DNA from: Trueperaceae bacterium
Lineage (GTDB): Bacteria > Deinococcota > Deinococci > Deinococcales > Trueperaceae
NCBI GenBank assembly: GCA_965214405.1
Contig: OZ243956.1
Coordinates: 2,112,001 to 2,176,000, forward strand
DNA length: 64,000 nucleotides
Reading direction: 5' to 3'
In this document: one piece after another, positions 30,333-40,010 of the stretch
How the letters are laid out: every line of letters begins with the position of its first letter
Numbering within the stretch: position 1 is the stretch's first letter
Notes under the pieces: generated by a model
Told to the model about the DNA's origin: nothing
The model's input: only the letters and a program-made list of their open reading frames with translations
Databases searched by the model: none
Translations under genes and position numbers: made by a program

Positions 30333-30385
30333 TGAGTGGTGAGTGACTAGTTTTTCTAACCACCAGCCACTCACCACTCACCACT
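30328..30385. repeat. Heptamer-based (AGTGGTG/CACCACT) palindromic intergenic repeat
   Basis: agtgatg agtggtg agtgact ... agccact caccact caccact; related copies at 31881, 36529, 44185 and 44959. Confidence 0.7.
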
Positions 30386-30442
30386 ATGAAATTCCTCACT
30401 ATCCAACCTCCTGGTTATCTGCGCACATGCTAGCCTAGAAGG

Positions 30443-31897
30443 GTGAAACGCCGCGATTTGCGCGTGGTCCGCGGGGACGTCAAGTTCAATTTTTCAACCG
30501 GGGCGATTGTCGAGTCGCTTCAGGGGGCGGGTGTGCCGACGGACGAGGCCATCGCCATCGCCAGGAGTGCAGAAAAACACTACCGGGGCGGGAGCAAGAA
30601 AAATATCCCCTTGGACAAGCTGGTTGAATACCTTACTGGAATGATTGAGAAAGAAGTGAACGAGGGGACGGCGGCGCGTTTCGAACATCAGACGCCGCCC
30701 TTTGTGTCCCTGACGGTCGAGTCAAAAGGCGAGGACGCGCCCTTTTCGCGGCGGACGCTGGCGGCGTCGCTGGAAAAGCTCGAGCTGCCCTTCAAGGAAG
30801 CGCACGCGTTTGCGCAGGGGGTCGAGCAAAGCTTGCGCACCGAGGGTTTAGAGAGGATGAGCAAGCGCGACCTCGTGCTCCGGGTGGCGCTGGGCTTAGA
30901 AGCGCGCTTTGGCCGCGACTTGCGCCGCCGCTACGAGGCGCAGACGCTCCAGCAGGCCGACCTGGTCGTGACCGAGCCCGGCGGGGTAAGTTTTCCGTAC
31001 TCGAGGGGCATCTTAGCGCAGTCTCTCATGGCCATCGGCTTGGGTCCCGAACTCTCGCACAACCTCGCCAAACGCGTCGAGGACGCCTTTTGGCGCAGCG
31101 GCAGGCGCAGCGTGGACCGCGCCGAGGTGCGGAGCGCCGTCCGCGCGCTCCTGCTGGAGGAGGCGGGCGAGGAGTTCGCGCGCCGCTACGACCTCATGCG
31201 GAGCGTGCGCCGCCCCGAAAGGCCCATCATGGTGCTTATTGGCGGCGCGCCGGGGGTGGGCAAGTCGACGCTGGCGTCCGAGCTGGGTTACCGGCTGGGC
31301 GTTCCGCGCGTCGTCTCGTCGGATTCGGTGCGGCAGGCGCTCCGCTCGCTCATTTCCGCCGAGCTGAGTCCCGCACTCCACGCCTCCTCCTTTTCCGCCT
31401 GGCGCGCCGAACTCTTGCCCGGCGAGGGGGGCAACGCCAAACCGAAGCGCAAGCGCGTCGTACGCGGGTTTCAGCGTCAGGTGCAGCAGCTCGGCACCGC
31501 GCTCTCGGCGGTCGTGCGCCGCAACATCGACGAGTACACCTCAGTGATTGTCGAGGGCATCCACTTGGTGCCCGGTTTCTTGCCTACCGACGAGTTTAGC
31601 GACGCCACCGTGGTCGAGTTCGTGCTCGCGGTCAAAGACGAGGACGCGCACCGGGGTCACTTCAGCCAGCGCGAGGCGCAGACCCACCGCCGCCGCCCCC
31701 GCGAAACCTACCTGGCGCACTTCGAAGAGATCCGCATCCTCCAAACCTTTATTGTCTCGCGCGCCGAAGAGGAGGGCGTCCCCGTCATCGAAGCGGGCGA
31801 CTTCGACAGCGCCGTCGAGGGGGCGATTGAGCTTGTGCTCAACGCTGTTTTGGTCGAGTCTTTGGAAGAGCACGCTGAGACAGTGGTGAGTGATTAG
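30443..31897 (+). CDS. 2-phosphoglycerate kinase-like protein with N-terminal ATP-cone repeats
   Basis: PFSRRTLA and PYSRGILAQSL cones; GGAPGVGKST; SSDSVRQALR; VEGIHLVPG. Confidence 0.8.
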   Translation: MKRRDLRVVRGDVKFNFSTGAIVESLQGAGVPTDEAIAIARSAEKHYRGGSKKNIPLDKLVEYLTGMIEKEVNEGTAARFEHQTPPFVSLTVESKGEDAPFSRRTLAASLEKLELPFKEAHAFAQGVEQSLRTEGLERMSKRDLVLRVALGLEARFGRDLRRRYEAQTLQQADLVVTEPGGVSFPYSRGILAQSLMAIGLGPELSHNLAKRVEDAFWRSGRRSVDRAEVRSAVRALLLEEAGEEFARRYDLMRSVRRPERPIMVLIGGAPGVGKSTLASELGYRLGVPRVVSSDSVRQALRSLISAELSPALHASSFSAWRAELLPGEGGNAKPKRKRVVRGFQRQVQQLGTALSAVVRRNIDEYTSVIVEGIHLVPGFLPTDEFSDATVVEFVLAVKDEDAHRGHFSQREAQTHRRRPRETYLAHFEEIRILQTFIVSRAEEEGVPVIEAGDFDSAVEGAIELVLNAVLVESLEEHAETVVSD

Positions 31898-31927
31898 TGG
31901 TTAGTTTTTTCTCATCACTCACCACTG
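31881..31927. repeat. Heptamer-based palindromic repeat copy
   Basis: cagtggtgagtgat...atcactcaccactg inverted arms. Confidence 0.7.
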
Positions 31928-32133
31928 CTTGACCTATAGCGATTTTTATCCGCACTAGGTGAGTTCAACGCAGATACCATCACCGTAACTACGTCCTGAA
32001 CGGTAACGTATGGACTGAATCCTGCTGAGACCAGATGTTACCTGCTACAAACGAGAAGAATTCCATACCGGCCTCTCCCCCGGCTCTATAGACTGGCGTA
32101 GCTTTGCGCCTACGCAAGGTTGGTGAGGGGAAG

Positions 32134-33186
32134 ATGGTGAGCGCAGTAAACAGAGCAGCCCTCGAGGCGAACAAACTGACCAAGGTCTACGCGGGCAGGC
32201 CGGTGGTGCGTGGGCTCTCCTTTTCTGTGAATCCCGGTGAGGTGTACGCGCTCGTTGGTCCCAACGGCGCGGGCAAAACGACGGTGATTCGGCTGCTTAC
32301 CGGGCTGGCCTTTCCGACGAGTGGACAGGTGCGGATGTTGGGTGTTGACCCTACCGAAAAACCCGGGGTGCGCCGCCGCTTGGGCGCGGTGGTCGAAGCG
32401 CCCGCCGCTTTCTATCCCTACCTGACGGGGCGGGCCAACCTGCGCCTGCACGCGGCCCTCTCGGGGGGCGTGGCGGAAAAGCGCATTGGCGAGGTGCTCG
32501 AGCTCATGGAACTCGGCAACGCCGGGGAGCGGCGCGTGGGCGTCTACAGCTTGGGGATGCGCCAGCGCTTGGGCGTCGCCGCGGCGCTCCTCACCGAGCC
32601 CGAGGTGCTCATCTTGGACGAGCCCGCGAGCGGGATGGACCCCTTGAGCCTCCACCTGGTCCACGGCGTGCTGCGCGGGGCCGCGGAGGGGGGCGCGGCG
32701 GTCTTGCTCTCGACGCATCATTTAGAAGAAGTGGTGGCCTACTGCTCGCGCGTCGCCATTATGGAGGAGGGCGCGCTGCTCGACGAGGTGAGCTTGGAAA
32801 GCAGGCGCGACCGCTACCGGATGCGCGTGTCGGACAAGAGCGCCGCGCTCGTCGCGTTGCAGATGCAGCCCTTTGTCCGGCACGTCACGACGCGCGGCGG
32901 CGAGGTGGTGTTCTCGCTCTCGGACCCCGACGCGCTCGGCGGGGTAGGTGTGGCGCTGGCGGAGGCCGGGGTGGGGCTTTTTGAACTCGCGCAAGATATC
33001 TTCGACCTGCGCGCCTACTACCGCGAGCGCCTGTCAGAGGGCCGCGTGCAGGGAAGCGAGGGTCAGCCGGAAGCTCGAGAGAATCAAAGCTTTACGGAAA
33101 ATGAGAAGCAAACGAGTAGGGAGCAAACGGGTGTGGGGGCGGAAGTAGGGGAAGAGGGAGTCCGTCACAGGGTGGGCAGGCCGTGA
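32134..33186 (+). CDS. ABC transporter ATP-binding protein
   Basis: GPNGAGKTT, YSLGMRQRLG, LILDEP, H-loop. Confidence 0.92.
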   Translation: MVSAVNRAALEANKLTKVYAGRPVVRGLSFSVNPGEVYALVGPNGAGKTTVIRLLTGLAFPTSGQVRMLGVDPTEKPGVRRRLGAVVEAPAAFYPYLTGRANLRLHAALSGGVAEKRIGEVLELMELGNAGERRVGVYSLGMRQRLGVAAALLTEPEVLILDEPASGMDPLSLHLVHGVLRGAAEGGAAVLLSTHHLEEVVAYCSRVAIMEEGALLDEVSLESRRDRYRMRVSDKSAALVALQMQPFVRHVTTRGGEVVFSLSDPDALGGVGVALAEAGVGLFELAQDIFDLRAYYRERLSEGRVQGSEGQPEARENQSFTENEKQTSREQTGVGAEVGEEGVRHRVGRP

Positions 33187-33199
33187 GGGGGAGGTCACG

Positions 33200-33973
33200 G
33201 TGAGACGTCTTTTCGGCCTCGAGCTTACGAAACTTTGGCACCTCTCGAGCCTGCGCGTGACCGTCCTGCTCCTCGTGGTGTTCCCCCTGGTCTGGGCCTA
33301 CGCGCCCGGCGTGTTTAATACCTACGGCTTTTACATGGTCTCGGCCTATCAGGTGCCCGCCCTGAGCCTTTTGTCGAGCATGGAGTTTTTGCTGCCCCTC
33401 CTCATCGCCATCGCCAGCGCCGAACTGCTCGGACTAGAAGTCGCCTTTGGCACGCTGCCGACGGTGCTCTTGCGCCCGGTGACCCGCTCGAGATGGCTTA
33501 TCGCCAAGCTCGGGGTGGTCGCGCTCTATCCTTTTTTGCTGCTCGGGTTTCTCCTGCTCGTCTCGCTGCTTATCGGGCTCCCTTTCGGTTACGGCGCGTT
33601 CGTGGGCGGCACCGGCCTCGGCGCGGCGGGGCTCTTGGGTGAGGGGCTGATGACGCCCCCTGCGGCCTTAGCCGAACTCGGTCGCGCCTACTTAACGGCG
33701 GCTTGTGCGCTGGTTCCGGTGAGCGTTTTGTCAGTCCTTTTCACCGTCGTCTTTATGAACGCGGCGGGCGGGGCCTTGGCGACGCTCGCCGTACTCATCG
33801 TGATGAAACTTCTGGTGGTGTTTCCGGGGCTCGAGCCCTTTTTACTCACCACCCAGCTCAACGCGTATACCGCGCCCGTGGCGGGCGTGCTCTGGGTTTT
33901 TGCGCTCCTGGCGCTCTACAGCGCGCTTTTTGCCGCCGCCGCGGTGGTGATGTTTGAGCGCAGAGATTTTTAG
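33200..33973 (+). CDS. ABC-2 type permease
   Basis: GTLPTVLLRPVTRSRWLIAK; ends FERRDF. Confidence 0.88.
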   Translation: MRRLFGLELTKLWHLSSLRVTVLLLVVFPLVWAYAPGVFNTYGFYMVSAYQVPALSLLSSMEFLLPLLIAIASAELLGLEVAFGTLPTVLLRPVTRSRWLIAKLGVVALYPFLLLGFLLLVSLLIGLPFGYGAFVGGTGLGAAGLLGEGLMTPPAALAELGRAYLTAACALVPVSVLSVLFTVVFMNAAGGALATLAVLIVMKLLVVFPGLEPFLLTTQLNAYTAPVAGVLWVFALLALYSALFAAAAVVMFERRDF

Positions 33974-34211
33974 CGTTCCATAAATAGTAGTGGGGCAGGT
34001 ATAGCTGACAAAACAGTATAGATGAAACATTAAGTGTCAAAATTCAAAAACTTGATACGGAAACATTACCGATTTCGCTGAAGGAAATCGTCTCTCGAAA
34101 GTTTTTGCTTTACACCAGGTTTCTGCTTTTCCAGAAAGCCACACGTAAAGTACGATATGATCATGTTCAAGTGACACGACTTCCGCAACAGCTTACTTAT
34201 CCTCGTCCAAC

Positions 34212-35291
34212 ATGAGCAAGAATCCTACCCAAACCTGCTTTGTCATCTCACCAATAGGGCGTGAAGGTACTGAAACTCACCGGGATTTCCGTGAGGTTCT
34301 AGACTACGTCATTGTTCCTGCGGTCAGACGATCCGGATATACACTTGAAGTCTTACGGGCAGATGATATTGAGAGACCAGGCTCGTTTATTAAAGACATC
34401 CTGCAGCAGTTGCTTAACTCCTTCGTCGTTATTGCGGACCTCACAAATCAAAATCCGAATGTCTTTTACGAACTGGGTGTTCGCCACGCCCTTAGCCCTC
34501 GGACGATCCTCATTGCACAATCGGTGGATGACATCCCGTCAGATTTACGTGAGTATCGAACTATCGTTTACGACACTTCAGCGCGCGGCGCAGCTCAATT
34601 CCGTGAGCGGTTGCAGAAGTTTCTTAATGACATTTTTTCCGACCCACGGCAGGCAGATAATCCCGTGTTAGATAGGCTCGGCAGCGTGATAGAGCAGCAG
34701 CTCGTGTCAGCTCGAGAGGAAATAACTACCCTGCGTAGGGAACTTGACAAAGTGTATCGTAGAGGTCTTACTCAAAACGAATTCGCGCCTAATAAAGGTG
34801 CATCGAATGAGTCAGTTATCCGACGCGCTGATCGGATTTTGCAGCTATATGGTGCTAAACGTGAATTCGTTGGAGAAATCGTTTATGGTTCGGGTGAGGA
34901 GAGGAGGTGTGCCAACCTCCCAGCAAATGAAGGCGAGTTTCGCCTTTACTTCCTCGAAAATCATACTCAGGTCGAGAGTTGTCTATACTTTGCGACCCTT
35001 GGTACCAGAGAGACAATCAATAGACATCTATCGGACGCTCGTGTAATCATGGGCGTCACCTCTTCAGCCCTAGAGACCAAATGTACCTTTGTGACCGCGA
35101 CGAGCGCAGTGGTTTCAGAGGAGGTGAAGCAGGAAACCGACGCGGTTTTCAATAGAATGAAGGAATTTCTGCCTGCCGAAAAAAGAAACTTATACTCTTT
35201 TGAAGTGTGGGACACCACACGCCTCACCGTCATAGAGGAGGAGCTAGGCGTCATAGTGCCTCAGCTTCAGCCACCAGATAAGGGGGCTTGA
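34212..35291 (+). CDS. Lower-GC orphan with N-terminal nucleoside 2-deoxyribosyltransferase/TIR-like domain
   Basis: CFVISPIG...RADDI...VIADLTNQNPNVFYELGVRHA...IPSDL...RTIVYD; AT-richer codons than neighbours. Confidence 0.7.
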   Translation: MSKNPTQTCFVISPIGREGTETHRDFREVLDYVIVPAVRRSGYTLEVLRADDIERPGSFIKDILQQLLNSFVVIADLTNQNPNVFYELGVRHALSPRTILIAQSVDDIPSDLREYRTIVYDTSARGAAQFRERLQKFLNDIFSDPRQADNPVLDRLGSVIEQQLVSAREEITTLRRELDKVYRRGLTQNEFAPNKGASNESVIRRADRILQLYGAKREFVGEIVYGSGEERRCANLPANEGEFRLYFLENHTQVESCLYFATLGTRETINRHLSDARVIMGVTSSALETKCTFVTATSAVVSEEVKQETDAVFNRMKEFLPAEKRNLYSFEVWDTTRLTVIEEELGVIVPQLQPPDKGA

Positions 35292-35400
35292 CGGCCACCT
35301 AGCGAACGTTTGTTGAAGCAGGCATGGAATTGTGCGCCGCTCAGGTCAGAGGCTAGCTGCCACAGCACATCACGGGTTGTTTTTGGTAACTTTGAGGCGT

Positions 35401-36522
35401 ATGGTTCTCACATCCAACCGCCGCTACGCGCGCGCGCTTTTCACACTGTTTTTGCTCGTCCCCGCCATTTCCTTCACCTTGGCGCAAGGGCTCACCTATA
35501 CGGTGCAGGTGGCGGCGCTTTCGGACCAGGGCGCGGCGCAGGCGTTGCAGCGCGAACTGCTTGCGGAGGGTTATCCGGTCTATCTGGTGGGCGTGCCGAC
35601 CGAGGGGGGCCGCGTTTACAGGCTGCGGGTCGGGGCCTTTGGCGACCGGGGCGCGGCGCTGGCCTACGCCAATGCGATGCGGCGGGCTGGGCGGGGCGCG
35701 CCGGTGCCCGCGCTCGCCGAGGATGTTCCGGCGGGACTCATCCCGCTTGAGCCCACGCTGCTAGAGAGCTACCCCTACCTGCCCGGTATAACCCGCCTCA
35801 CCGTGGTGCCGTGGGGCGAGGCCTACGCGCTGCGTTTTCAGGGCACGTTCGAGGGCGAGCCCTTGGAGGCGGAATACCGCATCTTACAGGAGGGCGCGTC
35901 GCCCTTTCGCGCCTGGCGCGCGGCACCGTTCGGGAATGAGGGCGGGCTCGAGCGCGTTTACACCTTCCCGCTCTGGCCGCCCGACTGGGAAACGCTGAGC
36001 GCGCCCCAGCGAAACGCCTACCAACAAGGCGTGCTGGAAACGCTCGCCGGAACTTACGGTTTAGATGTGAGGGCACTTACCGACTACCGCTCGTTCGAAC
36101 CCGGCTCGGGGTTGCCCTACCTGGTACGCGCCGAACGTCGCAACCTCTCTACGGGAGAAGGAGAGTATTATCCGGCGCTCGGGGTTTCTCAAACAGAAAA
36201 CAACCCTGCGGGTCCCCCTTTGCGCTGGTTCGGCAGAGAGGAGCCCGAAGGCTTTTTGCGCGGTTTGCCGGAGGCCGTATTTGACGCCTCTTTGGTTTTA
36301 GGTGAAGCGTCAGGCGGCGTCACGCTACCCCCACCCGACTCCCGCAAGCTCTCAGGCACCGACTGGACCGCCTCGCCCGACGACGCCTACGTCCGCCTGC
36401 GGTTAGAGCCGACAGGCCGCAACTGGCGCGCGGTTGCGGGCTATCCACTTTGGGCACAAGACGACTTTTTGCTTGTCTATGACGATGAGCAGATACAGCT
36501 CTACCGCTTTACTAAACGCTGA
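35401..36522 (+). CDS. SPOR domain-containing secreted protein
   Basis: Signal peptide; YTVQVAAL...YRLRVGAF. Confidence 0.8.
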   Translation: MVLTSNRRYARALFTLFLLVPAISFTLAQGLTYTVQVAALSDQGAAQALQRELLAEGYPVYLVGVPTEGGRVYRLRVGAFGDRGAALAYANAMRRAGRGAPVPALAEDVPAGLIPLEPTLLESYPYLPGITRLTVVPWGEAYALRFQGTFEGEPLEAEYRILQEGASPFRAWRAAPFGNEGGLERVYTFPLWPPDWETLSAPQRNAYQQGVLETLAGTYGLDVRALTDYRSFEPGSGLPYLVRAERRNLSTGEGEYYPALGVSQTENNPAGPPLRWFGREEPEGFLRGLPEAVFDASLVLGEASGGVTLPPPDSRKLSGTDWTASPDDAYVRLRLEPTGRNWRAVAGYPLWAQDDFLLVYDDEQIQLYRFTKR

Positions 36523-36528
36523 AACCCC

Positions 36529-36565
36529 AGTGGCGAGTGATTAGAAAAACTAACCACTAGCCACT
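36529..36565. repeat. Heptamer-based palindromic repeat copy between convergent genes
   Basis: agtggcgagtgattag aaaaa ctaaccactagccact. Confidence 0.65.
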
Positions 36566-36567
36566 TT

Positions 36568-37611
36568 CTAAACAGACGCAGGAACGGCGGGCGCGTCGGT
36601 GATGGCTGCGGCGGCTTCCGGGTCGCCCGCGAGCAGCGCCTCCCTTTCAGCCAGCCAGCGCTCGGCGGCCATCGCCGCGCGGGTGCCCGCGCCGACGCTC
36701 GTCCCGAGTTGGCGGTAGGTTTCGTCCGCCACGTCGCCCGCGGCAAATACGCCCTCCAAGCTTGTGTAGATTTCGCCCCGCACGTCGACGTAGCCAGAAT
36801 CGCGCAGCGCGATCAAGTCTTCCAGGTAAGCCGTGTTCGGCACGTGACCGATATAGATAAACACGCCGTCGGTAGGCAGGAGCGTCTTTTCGTTCGTAAC
36901 GACGTCTTGGACTTTGACGCCTGTAACTTGGCCCCCTTCGCCCACGACCTCGGTCACGACCGCGTTCCAGACCCAGTGCATCTTGGGGTTGGCGAACGCG
37001 CGGCGCTGCGCCTCTTTGTTGGCGCGCAGTTCGTCGCGGCGGTGGACGACGGTTACCTTGTCGGCAAATTTGGTTAAAAACAGCCCCTCTTCAACCGCGG
37101 CGTCGCCGCCGCCGACGACCACGACCTCTTTGCCGCGGTAGAAAAAGCCGTCGCAGGTCGCGCAGGTCGAGACGCCGCGACCGTAGTATTCGTCCTCGCC
37201 GGGTACGCCCAACCGGCGCGGGTTGGCCCCTGTGGCGATGATGACGGCCTTGGCGAAGTAAGTTTTATCGTAGCCCCTCACAAGGAAGCCCGCGCCTTGC
37301 TTCTTAATCTCCAGAACCTCTTCCATCACGATTTTCGCGCCGAACTTTTCCGCCTGGCGGACCATGCGCTGTGAAAGCTCGGGGCCGCTGATGGCCTCGT
37401 CAAAGCCCGGATAATTCTCGACCTCTTCGGTTTGGGCGATTTGCCCGCCGGGTAAGCCCTTTTCCAAAATGACGGTGCTCAGTTGCCCCCGTCCGGCGTA
37501 GATGCCCGCGGTGAGACCCGCGGGTCCGCCGCCGATAATCAGCACGTCGGTGTATTCATCAGGAGTATTAACGGTATGTTCGTCAGCTCGAGTCATTACG
37601 TCCTCCAACAT
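36568..37611 (-). CDS. trxB: Thioredoxin-disulfide reductase
   Basis: [29 protein letters not shown]. Confidence 0.96.
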   Translation of the reverse strand: MLEDVMTRADEHTVNTPDEYTDVLIIGGGPAGLTAGIYAGRGQLSTVILEKGLPGGQIAQTEEVENYPGFDEAISGPELSQRMVRQAEKFGAKIVMEEVLEIKKQGAGFLVRGYDKTYFAKAVIIATGANPRRLGVPGEDEYYGRGVSTCATCDGFFYRGKEVVVVGGGDAAVEEGLFLTKFADKVTVVHRRDELRANKEAQRRAFANPKMHWVWNAVVTEVVGEGGQVTGVKVQDVVTNEKTLLPTDGVFIYIGHVPNTAYLEDLIALRDSGYVDVRGEIYTSLEGVFAAGDVADETYRQLGTSVGAGTRAAMAAERWLAEREALLAGDPEAAAAITDAPAVPASV

Positions 37612-37797
37612 TGCTTAAATCATAACATTCTGCGGTCGGTTTTCCTGTACAGCACTGTACTTGCACGTGTCAAATTCAACTAAGGTGTTTCCGAAAGCGT
37701 CCTCTTCTTTTATCTTAGCGGTTGCGTTAGTCAGAAACTGTTGACCATGTTCAAAACGGCTTGCGCGGCTTGTTAAGATAATCTCAAGGAGGGTGAA

Positions 37798-38667
37798 ATG
37801 AATACGGAACTGGTTGAAACGTTGCAGCGGACGCAGAGCACGCTGGAACCCCGCGTCAAGGCCTTGCGCGACGCCTCGAGCGCGCTCAAAAGTGCCATCA
37901 AACTTGCCAACGAAGAGCGGGCCGACGCGCTGCCCATGCAGCGGGCGCTCGTCAAGTTGCAAAGGGCCAACGAGACGGTGGACGACGAAACGCTGAATGA
38001 ACCTCTGGAAGCCGCGACCACGCGATTCCGAGAGGAAACCGAACGCGCGCTGGACGCGCTCGCTTTTGAGTTTGCTCGAGAACTCCGGGCCGCCTTTGCA
38101 GAGCGCGGCGTCGAGGTGACGGGCCGCCCGCCTACGCTCGCCGCGGATGAGCTGGTCCTCAACATGGACACCGCGGCGCGCAAGGCGGGCTGGTTCTACG
38201 GCAAAGAAGCGCTCACCAAGCCCCTGCCGCTCTCGCTCAACGCGGTCTTAAAGGCGTTCGAAGGGCAGAAGCGGGAGATTTTGGGGCGTGAGCTGGACAT
38301 CGAGGCGTTCTTAGGGGAGCTTCACGGAACCTGGCGGGAGCTGCTCGAGACCCGCGCGCGCAAACCCCAGGGTGGACGCCTCAACCTCATCGAGACCTAC
38401 AGCAAACTCGTCTTGAACCGGCAGTCGGCGAGATTTTGGAACGCGCCCTCGAGGAGCACCTTCCGCGACTACCCGCGCCCCCTCTTCGTGCGTGACTTGG
38501 TATTGGCGGGACGTTCGCCCGTCATCACGGTGGACGGTGCCAGACGGCGTCTCTTTTTGGGCGTCGCCACCAAAAGCCAGGCGGAGAGCGCCAGCCGCAG
38601 CCTGTGGCTGCCGCAGGGACCCTTTGAGGGTTCGTACTATTCGGACGTTACCTTTGAACCGGCCTAA
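37798..38667 (+). CDS. Hypothetical protein with helical/coiled-coil N-terminus; first gene of the ATPase-helicase operon
   Basis: RBS AAGGAGG; long amphipathic N-terminus; C-terminal DYPRPLFVRDL segment. Confidence 0.8.
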   Translation: MNTELVETLQRTQSTLEPRVKALRDASSALKSAIKLANEERADALPMQRALVKLQRANETVDDETLNEPLEAATTRFREETERALDALAFEFARELRAAFAERGVEVTGRPPTLAADELVLNMDTAARKAGWFYGKEALTKPLPLSLNAVLKAFEGQKREILGRELDIEAFLGELHGTWRELLETRARKPQGGRLNLIETYSKLVLNRQSARFWNAPSRSTFRDYPRPLFVRDLVLAGRSPVITVDGARRRLFLGVATKSQAESASRSLWLPQGPFEGSYYSDVTFEPA

Positions 38668-38733
38668 GTTTGCCGTTCTTACGGTAACGCCCTCCCCGAC
38701 GAGGGGCGGCTCGAGCCGTTATGATAAAGCTCT

Positions 38734-40008
38734 ATGGCGCTGAACCCGGTTTTAGCCCGCATGATTGTCGAGACGCTCGGCGCGTCCGGCACGCCGCCCA
38801 ACCGCGGGGTGCAGCACTTCAACGTGGGCAACGGTTCGCTCGTCGAGGCGCTCGACACCTACTACTTTTCGTCGTACCTCCAAGACGGCGGCGCGGCCTT
38901 TAAGATGGTCGTAGGCGACTACGGGAGCGGCAAGTCGCACTTTCTCTACCTCTTGCGCGATATCGCCTGGGAGCGCGGCTTCGCGGTCGCCAAGGTGGAT
39001 TTGAGCCCCACCGAGACGCCCTATAACGACCAGAAACTCGTCTACAGCGCGGTGGCGCGCAACCTCATCTTGCACGAGGGCGAGGGCGTCTCGGACGAGT
39101 CGGGTTTGCCGCGCTTTTTGGAGGGCACGCTGGCGCGCATTCTGGGGGAGGAGCCCGGCCCGGAGGCGCTCGCCCATCCCAACTACCGAGGTTTGGTGGA
39201 TACGCTGGAGGCCACGCCCGTCGACAGCCCCGTCTACCGGGCCGCGGTGCTCGCTTACTTTGACGCGCTCGTCCACGACCAGGGGGAGCGTCTGGCACCC
39301 CTCTCGCGCTGGCTTCTGGCCGAGGACACCACCCCGGACGACACCAAAGTCTTGCGCGGGCTCGGCGTCACGGGCAAAATCACCCGTACGAACGCGTTCC
39401 GGATGCTCCGCTCGCTCACCCAAATCGTGCGCGCCCTGTCCTACAGCGGCTTGCTGCTTCTGTTTGACGAGGTGGACCGGATGAGCAGCATCGGCGGCAA
39501 GGCTGAAAAGCTCGCCACCGACACGCTCCGCGAGGTGATTGACCGCTGCCGCGACGACCTCCCCGGCGCGATGTTTGTCTACGCGGTGCCGCCGCCCTTT
39601 ATCAGCGACGTGGTGCCGCGCTACCCCGCGTTGCAGCAGCGGCTCCGCACGCCGGGGCGCTTTTCCAAGAGCAACCACTTTAGCCCGCAGATAAGCCTCG
39701 AGCGCTTAGACCTAGCCGAGGACGCGCTGATGCTCGCCATCGGCGAAAAGCTCGTGCCCATTTTCGAGGTTGCCTTTGGTGCCGAACTTGATGAGCGCAT
39801 CCAGCACGCCAACGCCGCCATCCTCGCCAACGTTGCCAGGGACGTGTTTTTGGACGTGAGCCACCGCCGCTTGTTCGTCAAAACATTCGTGACCGAACTC
39901 GCGCGCCAGCACGCGGAGGGGGAGCGGGTGCTCACCGAGGGGGAGGCCGCTGCGAGGCTGCGCGGTGGAGCAGAAGATTTAGGGAGCGGCGAGACGCCGC
40001 CTTATTAG
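38734..40008 (+). CDS. BrxD/DUF2791-like P-loop ATPase (1)
   Basis: IVETLGASGTPP; FKMVVGDYGSGKSHFL (Walker A); YSGLLLLFDEVD (Walker B); YPALQQRL. Confidence 0.82.
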   Translation: MALNPVLARMIVETLGASGTPPNRGVQHFNVGNGSLVEALDTYYFSSYLQDGGAAFKMVVGDYGSGKSHFLYLLRDIAWERGFAVAKVDLSPTETPYNDQKLVYSAVARNLILHEGEGVSDESGLPRFLEGTLARILGEEPGPEALAHPNYRGLVDTLEATPVDSPVYRAAVLAYFDALVHDQGERLAPLSRWLLAEDTTPDDTKVLRGLGVTGKITRTNAFRMLRSLTQIVRALSYSGLLLLFDEVDRMSSIGGKAEKLATDTLREVIDRCRDDLPGAMFVYAVPPPFISDVVPRYPALQQRLRTPGRFSKSNHFSPQISLERLDLAEDALMLAIGEKLVPIFEVAFGAELDERIQHANAAILANVARDVFLDVSHRRLFVKTFVTELARQHAEGERVLTEGEAAARLRGGAEDLGSGETPPY

Positions 40009-40010
40009 CC

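Noticed and set aside
30328..30385. CRISPR repeat or tRNA
   Set aside because: Short heptamer palindrome with no spacer structure or cloverleaf.
31989..32005. DdrO/RDRM-like box (CTACGTCCTGAACGGTA), and a similar one near 55213
   Set aside because: Imperfect palindromes with mismatches at conserved ends, and the downstream genes are not DNA-repair genes.
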